Assembly (NCBI RefSeq): GCF_000017945.1
Contig: NC_009776.1
Location: forward strand, 30,001-62,000
Direction of reading: 5' to 3'
DNA from: Ignicoccus hospitalis KIN4/I
Lineage (GTDB): Archaea > Thermoproteota > Thermoprotei_A > Sulfolobales > Ignicoccaceae
DNA: 32,000 nt
Both the position numbers and the translations under genes were made by a program. Positions 8,018 to 17,461 of the stretch are shown here, piece after piece. Below the pieces are notes generated by a model. The model had not been told where the DNA came from. It searched no databases and saw only the letters and a program-made list of their open reading frames with translations. Every line of letters starts with the position of its first letter. Position 1 is the first letter of the stretch.

Positions 8018-9262
8018 ATGGGCTTCAAAGTCAAGGATATAAGCTTGGCCGACCAAGGGAAGCTGAAGATCGAGTGGGCAGAAAATCACATGCCAGTGGT
8101 AGTGGGCCTCAGGAAGCTCTGCGAGGAGAAGAAGGTGTTCGAAGGTAAGAGGATCTCTGCAGTACTCCACGTTACCAAGGAGACTGCAGCCCTCGTCCGG
8201 TCCCTCAAGTTTTGCGGTGCTGAAGTGTACCTAGCGGGCAGCAACCCTCTGAGCACACAAGACGACGTAGCGGCAGCCCTCGCACAAGAAGGCATAAACG
8301 TCTATGCGTGGAAGGGCGAGACGGAAGAAGAGTACTGGTGGGCTATTAAGAAAATCATCGAAGAGGGCGACCCAGACCTTGTAATAGACGACGGCGGCGA
8401 CCTCCACGCTACCATACACAAGGAGTATCCGAAACTGGCTGAGAAGATCATTGGTGGAACTGAGGAGACTACGACCGGAGTAATAAGGCTAAAGGCTATG
8501 GAAAAAGAGGGTGTCTTGAAGTACCCAGTGATAGCCGTAAACGACGCGTTTACGAAGTTCCTCTTCGATAACCGCTATGGAACCGGTCAGAGCACCATAG
8601 ACGGTATACTGAGGGCGACTAACATTTTGTTGGCGGGCAAGGTCGCAGTGGTCGCGGGCTACGGATGGGTAGGGAGAGGAATAGCTATGAGGCTTAGAGG
8701 CATGGGGGCGCGCGTAGTGGTTACTGAAGTGAACCCGTTAAGGGCGCTCGAGGCCGTTCACGACGGGTTTGACGTTATGAGGATGGACGACGCAGCCAAG
8801 ATAGGCGACCTGTTCGTCACGGCTACCGGTAATATACACGTAATTAGAAAGGAACACATACTCAAGATGAAGGACGGCGCAATCCTCGCAAACGCGGGCC
8901 ACTTCAACGTAGAAATCGACGTGAAGGCGCTTGAGGAGATAGCTATATCTAAGAGGAGGATAAGGCCTTACGTCGACGAGTACAAGCTCCCGGACGGTAG
9001 GCGGATATACTTGCTCGCTGAAGGACGTCTCGTAAACCTGGTCGCGGCGGAAGGCCACCCCAGCGAGGTAATGGACATGAGTTTCGCTAACCAGTTCCTC
9101 TCCCTTAAGTACTTATTAGAGAAAGCTGGCGAACTGGCGCCTAAGGTTTACAAGGTTCCCGCCGAAATCGACGAAGAAGTGGCAAGGCGTAAACTGGAAG
9201 CAATGGGCATTAAAATAGACAGCTTAACGGAAGAACAGGTGAGGTACCTCAACTCATGGTAA
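8018..9262 (+). CDS. ahcY: adenosylhomocysteinase (SAH hydrolase)
   Basis: [56 protein letters not shown] and [28 protein letters not shown] are classic SAHase motifs. Start set at the ATG at 8018 ([14 protein letters not shown]) rather than 7826. Confidence 0.96.
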   Translation: MGFKVKDISLADQGKLKIEWAENHMPVVVGLRKLCEEKKVFEGKRISAVLHVTKETAALVRSLKFCGAEVYLAGSNPLSTQDDVAAALAQEGINVYAWKGETEEEYWWAIKKIIEEGDPDLVIDDGGDLHATIHKEYPKLAEKIIGGTEETTTGVIRLKAMEKEGVLKYPVIAVNDAFTKFLFDNRYGTGQSTIDGILRATNILLAGKVAVVAGYGWVGRGIAMRLRGMGARVVVTEVNPLRALEAVHDGFDVMRMDDAAKIGDLFVTATGNIHVIRKEHILKMKDGAILANAGHFNVEIDVKALEEIAISKRRIRPYVDEYKLPDGRRIYLLAEGRLVNLVAAEGHPSEVMDMSFANQFLSLKYLLEKAGELAPKVYKVPAEIDEEVARRKLEAMGIKIDSLTEEQVRYLNSW

Positions 9263-10149
9263 GGATCGTTGTAATTGGAAACATTAACATAGATATAATA
9301 GCTTTCTTGGACGAGCTCCCCTCAATAGATGAGGGGAGGGAAGCTAAGGACTGGCGGGTGCTCCCAGGAGGCTCCGGGGCCAACTTCTCAGTCGCCGCCC
9401 GTAGCTTAGGGGCCGACGTAGAACTCTACGCCGCCGTGGGGACCGGCACCTTCTCTAAAAAAGTCGTGGAGGAGCTTGAGAGGGCCGGAGTCAAAGTCTT
9501 CGGCCCTCTGAAAGAGGGCGAACAGTCGATGGTGTTCATCGCTTCCACTCCGAAAGGAAAAGTCATGTACTCGCTGAAGGGCGTGTCCCACTCGCTAAGG
9601 CCAGAGGAGCTGCCCGAGAGGTTCGGTGCGGACGTAGTCCACGTTGCTACCAAGCCTCCCTCCTTTGTGGAGAAGTATCTCTCTACTGAGAGACTCAGTT
9701 ACTCGCCCGGAACTTACGCTTTCGAAGAGACCGAGTCCGTCAAGCGACTCGTGGGAAGGGTTGACTTTCTATTCTTAAATAAGTCCGAAGCAATGAGGTT
9801 GGGGCTGTACCCCGAGCCCGAAGTCCTCCCGAGGGAGGCACTCGTTATTACGCTTGGTGGCAAGGGCAGTCTGGTATATACCAGAGGGGGGAGGGCATAT
9901 TACGTTGAGAGCTTGAAGGTGGAAGTAGTAGACACTACTGGGGCCGGCGATGTGTACGCAGCGGCTTTCTTGGTTACGTATCTCACTGAAGGCGATATAA
10001 TCAAGGCGGCCAAGGCTGCCAGCGCGGCCGGCGCGCTCGCGGTAACCGTTCCCGGAGGTCAGATAATGCTAGATGTCCAGAGCTTGAAGCTCGCGGCCTC
10101 TAAGGTCGGAGTGAGGGAGATGAGGAAGAGTCCGACCCCTGAGGGGTGA
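9256..10149 (+). CDS. PfkB-family carbohydrate/nucleoside kinase
   Basis: N-terminal [11 protein letters not shown]...[16 protein letters not shown] and C-terminal [15 protein letters not shown]. Start overlaps the ahcY stop by 7 nt. Confidence 0.9.
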   Translation: MVRIVVIGNINIDIIAFLDELPSIDEGREAKDWRVLPGGSGANFSVAARSLGADVELYAAVGTGTFSKKVVEELERAGVKVFGPLKEGEQSMVFIASTPKGKVMYSLKGVSHSLRPEELPERFGADVVHVATKPPSFVEKYLSTERLSYSPGTYAFEETESVKRLVGRVDFLFLNKSEAMRLGLYPEPEVLPREALVITLGGKGSLVYTRGGRAYYVESLKVEVVDTTGAGDVYAAAFLVTYLTEGDIIKAAKAASAAGALAVTVPGGQIMLDVQSLKLAASKVGVREMRKSPTPEG

Positions 10150-10215
10150 GGAGAAGGGGCTGCTGGCCGATCCTTTCAAAACCCGAAGTTACGCCGGTCG
10201 CGCGGTAGCTCTGGG

Positions 10216-10329
10216 ATGGGAGGCCCGTTTCCGCCGACCCCGGACAATTTGGTTAAGGCCATAGTATTAGGTGCGCTTGTGGGAGCCGTCGTCGCCGTAA
10301 TAGTCGACTACAAGCTCAAGAAAGGCTGA
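10216..10329 (+). CDS. small single-TM protein (37 aa)
   Basis: Manual translation MGGPFPPTPDNLVKAIVLGALVGAVVAVIVDYKLKKG: one clean TM helix with a positively charged tail. No family match claimed. Confidence 0.4.
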   Translation: MGGPFPPTPDNLVKAIVLGALVGAVVAVIVDYKLKKG

Positions 10330-10408
10330 TCAGGGGGCGAGCTCTCCTCACCCTTCGGCCGATGGCGTATACATCATCCTCTCTTCTGGGCGCCTTAACC
10401 AAGGGATA

Positions 10409-10418
10409 GATTAATAAT
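10409..10418 (+). promoter_or_regulatory. TATA-like element upstream of structured intergenic sequence
   Basis: AGATTAATAATCC, nearly identical to AAATTAATAATCC upstream of the tRNA-Cys. No ORF on the plus strand downstream explains it. Confidence 0.4.
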
Positions 10419-10433
10419 CCTCCATTCGCTGAC

Positions 10434-10500
10434 CTCCCGAGTACCTCGGGCCTTACGCCCGCTGTGCGCTGGTGGGCGGATGGGTCCGAGGTCTCCCGGC
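10434..10500 (+). ncRNA. candidate structured RNA, family unknown
   Basis: Tandem predicted hairpins: CCCGAG-TAC-CTCGGG; GCCCGC-TGTGCGCTG-GTGGGC; a GAGG/CCTC stem. Located just after the TATA-like element and outside the pyrK coding region (which ends at 10502). Confidence 0.3.
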
Positions 10501-10501
10501 C

Positions 10502-11164
10502 TCAGCCCAACCTAAGCCACGGCTCCTTGCAGAGCAGCTTACCCTCTAGGACACACGACCCGCATATGCCTATTCCACACTTTATCATCTTCTCGGTACT
10601 GTAGTAGCCCTTCAGCCCCATTTCTTTTGCCAGTACCTTGAGTGACGAAATCATAGAAGGTGGGCCACAAGCGTAGACGTCCCTCTTCTGGGGGCGAAGC
10701 TTGAGGAGGTCCACAACCGTACCCTTGAACCCCAAACTCCCGTCTTCGGTGGCCACTTCGTCTATTCCATCGATTTTCGGCACCTTCTCGGCGCTCTTGG
10801 CACCGAAGAGGAGTTCACCTCCCCAGAGCTCCTTCATGTAAAGTAAGGGAGCTATTCCTACCCCGCCTCCCACGAGGAGGGGTTTGCCCGAAGGGACGGG
10901 AGCTTGGCGGCCTAGGGGGCCTAGGAGTCCTACTTTATGGGCCGTGTAGAGGGCCGCAGTGGTCCTTCCCCTAACTTCTACTATGAAGCGAACCGCGTCG
11001 CCGCGGTAGCCCGCCACCGAAAGGGGAATCGCCTCGTGGCCGGGAACCCACACCATGAAGAACGTCCCGGGAGGGGGAGCTTCTCCATGATAGCTCACGA
11101 ACGTTTCGTAGATTCCCTTCGCGAGCTTACGACTCCTCAAGACCTCCTCTACCTTGAAGCTCAT
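10502..11164 (-). CDS. pyrK: dihydroorotate dehydrogenase electron transfer subunit (FAD/[2Fe-2S])
   Basis: PLLVGGGVGIAPL, VYACGPPSMI and the 2Fe-2S motif KCGIGICGSCVLEGKLLC. Adjacent to pyrI and pyrB. Confidence 0.88.
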   Translation of the reverse strand: MSFKVEEVLRSRKLAKGIYETFVSYHGEAPPPGTFFMVWVPGHEAIPLSVAGYRGDAVRFIVEVRGRTTAALYTAHKVGLLGPLGRQAPVPSGKPLLVGGGVGIAPLLYMKELWGGELLFGAKSAEKVPKIDGIDEVATEDGSLGFKGTVVDLLKLRPQKRDVYACGPPSMISSLKVLAKEMGLKGYYSTEKMIKCGIGICGSCVLEGKLLCKEPWLRLG

Positions 11165-11170
11165 GCTATG

Positions 11171-11662
11171 TCACCTCAAGTTTATGTAATTAGAGACCTC
11201 TTTCTCTTCTATTATTTCTCCGCAGTAGTGACACTTCAGTTTGAGCGGCCTCTTCGAGACGACCAAGAACTTAGACTTTATAGGCTCCCTCTTAGACCGG
11301 GAAATACACGAACTGTTAGGACAAGTTAAGATACCCTCGACCACGTCGGGAAGCGTGACGCCTCTTTTCTCCACTACTTCTCCGTTCCTTATTATGTTAA
11401 TCGTCGCGGTGGGCGCTATTAAGGCCAACGCCTTGGTCTGCTCGTCGCTTAGGTAAACGTTCTCTATTTTAACTATGTCTTTTCTCCCGCCCAACTTCTT
11501 TGAGTAGACGTTCATAGCTATGAGAACCATAAAGCCTTCGCTACCGTCTATGCCGAGGAGCCTCAAGACCTTTAGTGCCCTTCCGGGAGGCAAGTGGTCT
11601 ATTACGGTGCCGTTGTTGATCTTGCTTACTTTTAGCTCCTTCACCTCAGACCACCCCCGCAC
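11171..11662 (-). CDS. pyrI: aspartate carbamoyltransferase regulatory chain
   Basis: VSKINNGTVIDHLPPGRALKVLRLLGI; the Zn site CPNSSCIS...LKCHYC; overlaps pyrB. Confidence 0.96.
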   Translation of the reverse strand: MRGWSEVKELKVSKINNGTVIDHLPPGRALKVLRLLGIDGSEGFMVLIAMNVYSKKLGGRKDIVKIENVYLSDEQTKALALIAPTATINIIRNGEVVEKRGVTLPDVVEGILTCPNSSCISRSKREPIKSKFLVVSKRPLKLKCHYCGEIIEEKEVSNYINLR

Positions 11663-12563
11663 TCCAAGCGAGCGTTGCCATTCTCACTGGCACGGAAGCA
11701 GCCACTTGGTCGAAGTAAGCTGCGTGGGGGGTCGAGTCTATTCTCACGTCCAACTCGTCCACACGGGGGAGCGGGTGTAAGACGATCAAGTCCCCCTTCC
11801 CCCTCTTTATCAGGTCTAAGGTTATTTTGTAGCTACCTTTAACCTTCTCGTATTCTGAGGGGTCCGGAAACCTCTCCTTCTGTATTCTGGTTACGTATAT
11901 TACGTCGACGTTAGGAATGACATCCTCCAACCTATCTACTTCAAAAACGTTGAGACCCATAGATTTTAACTCTTCTAAGAACTTGATTGAGGGTTTGAGA
12001 ACTTCGGGGGCTACTAGGTAGACTGACCTAGGTTTAAACTTAGTCAACGCCAACAGGAAGCTCCTCGCCGTCCTAGCGTACCGAAGGTCCCCCACGACAG
12101 CGTAACGAAGGTCTTCGAGCCCCCCTTTCCTCTTTCTGACTACGTAGAGGTCTATGAGCGACTGCGTTGGGTGTTGGTTCTTGCCGTCGCCTGCGTTAAT
12201 TACTGGGTTTGCGGCGACCTCGCTTGCGTACTTCGCAGAGCCGTCCAAGTTGTGTCTGATCACTATTATGTCGCTAATCTTGTCTAAGACTTTTATAGTG
12301 TCGTATAGGCTCTCACCTTTGACGAACGAACTGGCTTCCTCGCCGACTATTGTGAGCGTGTGGGCACACAACCTCTTGGCGCTCTCTTCGAACGAAAGTC
12401 TCGTTCTAGTGGACGGTTCGACGAAAAGGAGTGACACTGTTTTGTTTTCAAGGGCACACCACTTCGACTTATGAAGTTTCTTATATTCTATGTCCTCAGC
12501 GAGTTCGAATATTTTGATCATGTCTTTCTTATCTAAATCCAAGACGTCTACGACGTCTGGCAA
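11646..12563 (-). CDS. pyrB: aspartate carbamoyltransferase catalytic chain
   Basis: LFVEPSTRTRLSFEESAKRLC, VIRHNLDGSAKYA, NPVINAGDGKNQHPTQSLIDLY, VLHPLPRVDELD. Confidence 0.96.
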   Translation of the reverse strand: MPDVVDVLDLDKKDMIKIFELAEDIEYKKLHKSKWCALENKTVSLLFVEPSTRTRLSFEESAKRLCAHTLTIVGEEASSFVKGESLYDTIKVLDKISDIIVIRHNLDGSAKYASEVAANPVINAGDGKNQHPTQSLIDLYVVRKRKGGLEDLRYAVVGDLRYARTARSFLLALTKFKPRSVYLVAPEVLKPSIKFLEELKSMGLNVFEVDRLEDVIPNVDVIYVTRIQKERFPDPSEYEKVKGSYKITLDLIKRGKGDLIVLHPLPRVDELDVRIDSTPHAAYFDQVAASVPVRMATLAWSAGVV

Positions 12564-12585
12564 CTAACGCCCGGACTGCCTTGGG

Positions 12586-14703
12586 ATGGGAGGTAGAAAA
12601 ACGCGATTTTTCGTCAAGCTTTCAAAGACCCTTCAGATCTCCACGAAGGAACCGAGGGAAGTGATGAAGTGGCTGGTACCGTATCTGCTGATATCTCTGT
12701 TTACCCAGCACCACTACGACTTCACGGTCTTCTATTACTCCGTTCTGCTCATGCTAATGGGCGTCAGCCCGTACGACGTGAACTCTACGGCTCCGTGGAT
12801 CTATTCGAACCCCGTGACTTACCCGCAGTGGTACGCTTACCCTCCATTCGGTTTAATAGCCCTTTCGGTCCCCTCCTTCCTCCTTTACGAGTTAGGATTA
12901 CTAAATATGATGACGTTTAGAATAATACTTAAGATAATATTATTGCTTTCGGCCTTCTGGATAGCGAAGCGTCTAGAAGAGGTCCGGAAGGGAAGCGGCC
13001 TCGTATTCATAAAAAATCCCTTAGTGTTCTTCGTCACCGCCGTCCACGGGATGATAGACGTTCTAGCTGCCGCTTTGCTGCTCGAGGCACTGTACAAGTT
13101 GAACGGCAAGGGTCGCTATTGGTGGGCATTCTTTGCGTTGGCAATAACGACGAAGCAGACGACGTGGATAGTTATACCGGCCTTGGTCGGCCTCGCCTTG
13201 AGGTTGAGGCTCTACAAGGACCTCATCAAAGGCTTCGCGTTAGCCGCTCTGATAGTAGTGCCTTTCATTTCTCAAGGTTTCATAGATAACGTCTTAACAT
13301 TTCACGGGAGCAGGCCTCCAGCCTCGCTGGGGTATACGGGAATCCCTCTAATCACTGTAGCCGGCGACTTGGCCACTTTCCACATAGCTAACTTGGTAGC
13401 GCCGTGTTTCGGTAAGCCCGTGCCTAGGAGCGGTTGGGGGTCTCTGGTCCTCACCGCAGCCCTCGCCTCAGCCATGATATACTCCTTTATAATTTCGTAT
13501 AGGGGAAGATTCGCGAGATCTCTAGTTATATCGTCCTTTGCTTTCATCCTTTTCAGTAAGGTCGTTAGTCCTCAGAACTTGTTGGTTCCGTTAGTTATCT
13601 TCATGATATTGGGTGTTCCATCGAGCTTTATGTACCTAATGGGTTTGCTGGCCACACTAGTGGACGCCTTTTTAGGGACCGCTTACTCCGTGCTCGGTTA
13701 CTTACCGGAAGACGCGTTGAACGAGTTGGGGACGAGCATAGTCATTCTGTATAGGTCTAGCCTCTGGCTCTCTAACCTCTCGGGATTTGTGGGCCTCTTC
13801 GCATTGGTGCTCTATCATCTTATCATAGTCACGATATTATTCTATATCTTGAGAGAAAGGATAGGGATAAGGAGATTCGCTTTGCTTTATGTAATATACT
13901 TAATTCTCGTTTTAAACAGCGTAACGATCGGGGGCAACGTTCAAAGGGTCGCGGGGGTCCACGGGGAGCTCGTGAACGCTAGAGGAGCGGTCGTCTGGAT
14001 ATGGTTGAACCCCTTCAACGGCTTTAGGAGCGGCGACTACGCTCGCCTTCCCGGCGCCACAGCTTACTGGGAGTACACTTATCCCCTCGCACTACAAACG
14101 GTGAAGTGGCTCAAGGACCACGGCTTCAGTTACGTAGTGTTCCCTTTCACGCTCGACCGGTATAGGCTCTACGAGTACGTCCCTTGGCTCTTCGCGCTGG
14201 TCAGCGAAAGGATGCCCTTTGCTTGGCTGGTCGTAATAAGCGACGACGTCGAAGAGTACTTGAGCGGTCACGCCAGCGCCCCGCCCGGGACGAACGTTAC
14301 CGAAGTCTTGAATGAGGCGTTCAGAGCCACCCCATATTACTTGAATATGAAGATATTGGAGACATCGAAGAGGTTGAACGATATATTTAAGGAAGCTAAC
14401 GCTTCTAGGGCAGTAAACGTTATCTGGAAAGAGATGAGGTGTCCGATAAGCTACTTGAGGGACGAGAGGGGGTTACCCGTGATATTTCTTATAGATAAGA
14501 CCCACTCGGGTAAGGTCCTCTCCAACGGGACCCGGTACGCGGTCGTTCACCCTAAAAACGTCGTTTTTATTAATGACTATTATGAAGGCAATGTGGTCTA
14601 CGGGACCCCGATCACCCCGGTCAGTAAGGTCGGCTTGGAGGAGTGGTTGCTTCAGTACGCGAAGAAGTCTTCGCTGTACAGCCTCCTCTGCGCCTCGCGA
14701 TAA
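12586..14703 (+). CDS. large multi-TM protein, probable GT-C/DUF2029-like glycosyltransferase
   Basis: 705 aa. D-F-TVFYYSVLLMLMGVSPYD...W-YPP pattern at the N-terminus, ~10 TM segments, and a soluble C-terminal domain. Confidence 0.6.
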   Translation: MGGRKTRFFVKLSKTLQISTKEPREVMKWLVPYLLISLFTQHHYDFTVFYYSVLLMLMGVSPYDVNSTAPWIYSNPVTYPQWYAYPPFGLIALSVPSFLLYELGLLNMMTFRIILKIILLLSAFWIAKRLEEVRKGSGLVFIKNPLVFFVTAVHGMIDVLAAALLLEALYKLNGKGRYWWAFFALAITTKQTTWIVIPALVGLALRLRLYKDLIKGFALAALIVVPFISQGFIDNVLTFHGSRPPASLGYTGIPLITVAGDLATFHIANLVAPCFGKPVPRSGWGSLVLTAALASAMIYSFIISYRGRFARSLVISSFAFILFSKVVSPQNLLVPLVIFMILGVPSSFMYLMGLLATLVDAFLGTAYSVLGYLPEDALNELGTSIVILYRSSLWLSNLSGFVGLFALVLYHLIIVTILFYILRERIGIRRFALLYVIYLILVLNSVTIGGNVQRVAGVHGELVNARGAVVWIWLNPFNGFRSGDYARLPGATAYWEYTYPLALQTVKWLKDHGFSYVVFPFTLDRYRLYEYVPWLFALVSERMPFAWLVVISDDVEEYLSGHASAPPGTNVTEVLNEAFRATPYYLNMKILETSKRLNDIFKEANASRAVNVIWKEMRCPISYLRDERGLPVIFLIDKTHSGKVLSNGTRYAVVHPKNVVFINDYYEGNVVYGTPITPVSKVGLEEWLLQYAKKSSLYSLLCASR

Positions 14704-15074
14704 TAGATTGTGGGCACCTTTCTCAACAGCCTCCTCCGAAGTCCCTTGTCAGCCGTGGCCACGGCTAAGCCATACCTTAGGGCAATCGAAACTATGTCGT
14801 CGTCGGTCCTCCTCTCGAGGTTGGCGTTGAGGATCGGACACTGCTCCAAGACTATAGGAAGGACGAGCCTCGCCGCCCTCCCTCTCTTGCTCTGCTCCTC
14901 GGAGATCCGTTCCAGCTCTCGCAAGACCGATGGCGTGACGGCGCACAAACCACCCATTTCCTCTATCTGGCCTATAACGTCTATCCCCTCAGCTATGAGT
15001 AATAGTACCGACGTATCGGCTATTACTAGCCTCCTCTTGAGGCGCTCGAGCTCACGCTCGTCGAGGACCCTCAT
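14652..15074 (-). CDS. PIN-domain nucleotide-binding/nuclease-like protein
   Basis: VIADTSVLLLIAEG N-terminal Asp, RRTDDDIVSIALRYGLAVATADKGLRRRL with the conserved acidic cluster. Confidence 0.8.
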   Translation of the reverse strand: MRVLDERELERLKRRLVIADTSVLLLIAEGIDVIGQIEEMGGLCAVTPSVLRELERISEEQSKRGRAARLVLPIVLEQCPILNANLERRTDDDIVSIALRYGLAVATADKGLRRRLLRKVPTIYYREAQRRLYSEDFFAY

Positions 15075-15114
15075 GACCCGCGACGGCTCTACCTCAACAA
15101 GGTAAAAACTCCAT

Positions 15115-16239
15115 GTGAGTAAACGGGCGCGGGTACGTAACGTGAAAGCGCTTGTCTACATATTGGCCCTACTGATGGTAGCAGATGGCATCCTTAGCTC
15201 TTACATCGCGTTGAGAGCGCCTTATCCCGCGGCAGTCCCCCTGGGCAGCCCGATGGCATATAGGAACGTTTACCTCCACGTGCCGATAGCGTGGGCTACA
15301 TACGTCCTCTTCATCATAGCGTTCATACTTTCGATATTGTACTTAGTTACGCAAGACAAGAAGTATGACAAGTACGCCGCGCTCTTCGTCTACACTGCTC
15401 TGGTATACGCCTTCATGGTGTTAGCCACGGGGAGCGCTTGGGCCCAAGAGTCTTGGGGGAGCTTCTGGAACTGGGACCCTAGGGAGACCGGCGTACTTAT
15501 TCTCTTCATAGCGTACTTGGTATACGTAGCGATCAGGAAGAGCGTTCAAGACCCGGACCGCCGGGCGACGATATCAGCAGTTTACTCAATCGCGGCCTTC
15601 GCGACAGTCCCCATAAGCTTCATAATGCCCTACGTGATGGAAGGCTCCTTACACCCGACGCTACAGGCTACCAAAGGCTTCATAACACAACCTCAAGTGT
15701 CGAAGTTCTTCTTTGCTAAGGTACTGCTGACGGTTATAGAGGCGGTTCTCATACCGGTTGTCGTAGGAATGGGATATTCGAGGGAGTTCTTTAAGGCGGC
15801 TGTAGCGACAGCGGCGATACTGCTCGTCGGCGCGGCTCTCGCTTACCCGTGGGGGCTCACTGGGAGGGTCGTGGAGGCCAAGCTCCAAAGCGGAACTGCT
15901 GAGTTGACTGCAATATACAAGGGAGAGAAAATTAAGATAAAGGGAAGCTTGGAGCTCGTAATAAACAACAATGGACAGAAGATAAAGGTAGTTGTAAAGG
16001 ACACCGAAGGCCTGCCCAAACCAGAGTTCGTGACCGTGCCGGGCTTCGCTAAGGGGAGTAACCTTACAGTTAACTACGAGGGTCGGGAGCTATGGCCTAC
16101 CGCGCTAGGTCACTTGGTCAAGGTTGAAAACGAAAGGGCGGTGGCCCTCAATCCCTTCTGTATACCTTGGACCTTGTTCATCTATGCTATAGGCTTCTTG
16201 ATTTTAGCTTACGTGTTGCCCAGAGAGATCGCCTATTAA
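15115..16239 (+). CDS. CcmC/CcsA-type cytochrome c assembly (heme handling) protein with extra beta-rich domain
   Basis: WWD-like heme motif WGSFWNWDPRETGVL, YRNVYLHVPIAWATYVLF, multiple TMs. GTG start. Confidence 0.85.
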   Translation: MSKRARVRNVKALVYILALLMVADGILSSYIALRAPYPAAVPLGSPMAYRNVYLHVPIAWATYVLFIIAFILSILYLVTQDKKYDKYAALFVYTALVYAFMVLATGSAWAQESWGSFWNWDPRETGVLILFIAYLVYVAIRKSVQDPDRRATISAVYSIAAFATVPISFIMPYVMEGSLHPTLQATKGFITQPQVSKFFFAKVLLTVIEAVLIPVVVGMGYSREFFKAAVATAAILLVGAALAYPWGLTGRVVEAKLQSGTAELTAIYKGEKIKIKGSLELVINNNGQKIKVVVKDTEGLPKPEFVTVPGFAKGSNLTVNYEGRELWPTALGHLVKVENERAVALNPFCIPWTLFIYAIGFLILAYVLPREIAY

Positions 16240-16304
16240 TGGACGTATTTCTAACGCTGCCCTAGGGACCCCTTCAAGGGGGCGCTCAACGGGCGTGATG
16301 AGGG

Positions 16305-16700
16305 ATGGTGTGCCCTTACGCTAAGGTAAAGAGCATCTTCAGGAAGAAAGTAATCTGCGAGCTGCTGGGTAGCGAGGTGAACCACAAGAAGTACCCGTGC
16401 CTAAGCGGCAACTACGAGCGATGTCCCATTTATGAGGAGTTTAAGCACAGAGAGGGAGCCAAAGAGACGGAGCTAATAGCTCCGACGGGCAAGGAAGCGG
16501 AAAGCGACGAACCTTTGGAAAAGATGGTCAACGAGGAGGTAGTCAAGGCAAAGAGGTTCTACGACCCCAAGAAGGGGGAAGAGCCCCCCACTTGTTATGA
16601 TTGTCTTTACTTTTCGCCGACCACGCGGTACTGTTTGCTTCTAAGGAAAAAGGTCCCTAACCCTGAGGAGCCGGAATGTCGCCGCTCGAAGGCTTCCTAG
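16305..16700 (+). CDS. Cys-rich hypothetical protein (131 aa)
   Basis: N-terminal C..C cluster, then CYDCLYFSPTTRYCLLLRKKVPNPEEPEC, suggesting a metal or Fe-S site. Overlaps the next gene. Confidence 0.65.
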   Translation: MVCPYAKVKSIFRKKVICELLGSEVNHKKYPCLSGNYERCPIYEEFKHREGAKETELIAPTGKEAESDEPLEKMVNEEVVKAKRFYDPKKGEEPPTCYDCLYFSPTTRYCLLLRKKVPNPEEPECRRSKAS

Positions 16701-17461
16701 CGGTGTATCGGGGCTTCGTCTGGGTGGTCAAAGGGGTTGACGTCTGTGAGGAAGGCGTAATAGCTTACCCCCGTTATGACCTTAAGGGGAGGAAGCTAGA
16801 GAAGGACGTAGTGGATAACTTAGTTCGGAGCGCCTTAGAACTTACGGACTGCGCTCCCAGACCGGTCCCCTTACTCCCCCTAGGCGAGACGGAGCTCGTG
16901 GACCCTAGACACTTGCTCGAGGCGGACCCCGCGGCTAAAGACTTCGCCTCCCTGTTCCCGTGTGAGGTCGGACTGACGGGCTCTCGTGCTTTGGGAATGG
17001 GAGGAGGGGACGTCGACTTAGTCGTTTACGACGAGAGCTGCTTCAACGACGTTATAGAAACCTTAAGGGAACTCAAGGCTAAAGGCGAGATAGGCCCTTA
17101 CGAGGGTAAGTGGGACGCCCTTGGCCCGAGGGCGAGGCGCAAGAGGAAGGAGTATTCCGTGTTGGAGGGGGTTTGGAAGGGAATACCCTATTCCATAAGG
17201 CTTGTTAAGGGGCCTAGGTCTCCTAGGAGGCCCGTAGCGGTGGCCCAAGTCATTAGGAGAGGCGTCGTCGTTCGCTCAGACCCCTATACGCCCACCCAAA
17301 TAGTGCTGCACGACGGAACGGTGGTCGAGAGCTTGCGTCTCCAGCACGCGGAGCTCCCGAGGGGTTATGAGGTCGTTATCGAAGGAATCCTAGAGGTGAG
17401 GGCGGACGGGGTGAGAGTATCCTTACCTCCGGGAGGAAGGTTAGAGATACTTGCTCCTTAG
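16676..17461 (+). CDS. predicted nucleotidyltransferase (COG1665-like, pol-beta superfamily)
   Basis: GLTGSRALGMGGGDVDLVVYDE is the GS...DxD catalytic signature. Family number is from memory. Confidence 0.75.
   Translation: MSPLEGFLAVYRGFVWVVKGVDVCEEGVIAYPRYDLKGRKLEKDVVDNLVRSALELTDCAPRPVPLLPLGETELVDPRHLLEADPAAKDFASLFPCEVGLTGSRALGMGGGDVDLVVYDESCFNDVIETLRELKAKGEIGPYEGKWDALGPRARRKRKEYSVLEGVWKGIPYSIRLVKGPRSPRRPVAVAQVIRRGVVVRSDPYTPTQIVLHDGTVVESLRLQHAELPRGYEVVIEGILEVRADGVRVSLPPGGRLEILAP

Noticed and set aside
17063-17248. Long antisense ORFs elsewhere (17063-17248, 25178-25696, 28015-28513, 30202-30549)
   Set aside because: All lie opposite well-supported genes and lack domain-like sequence; considered shadow ORFs.
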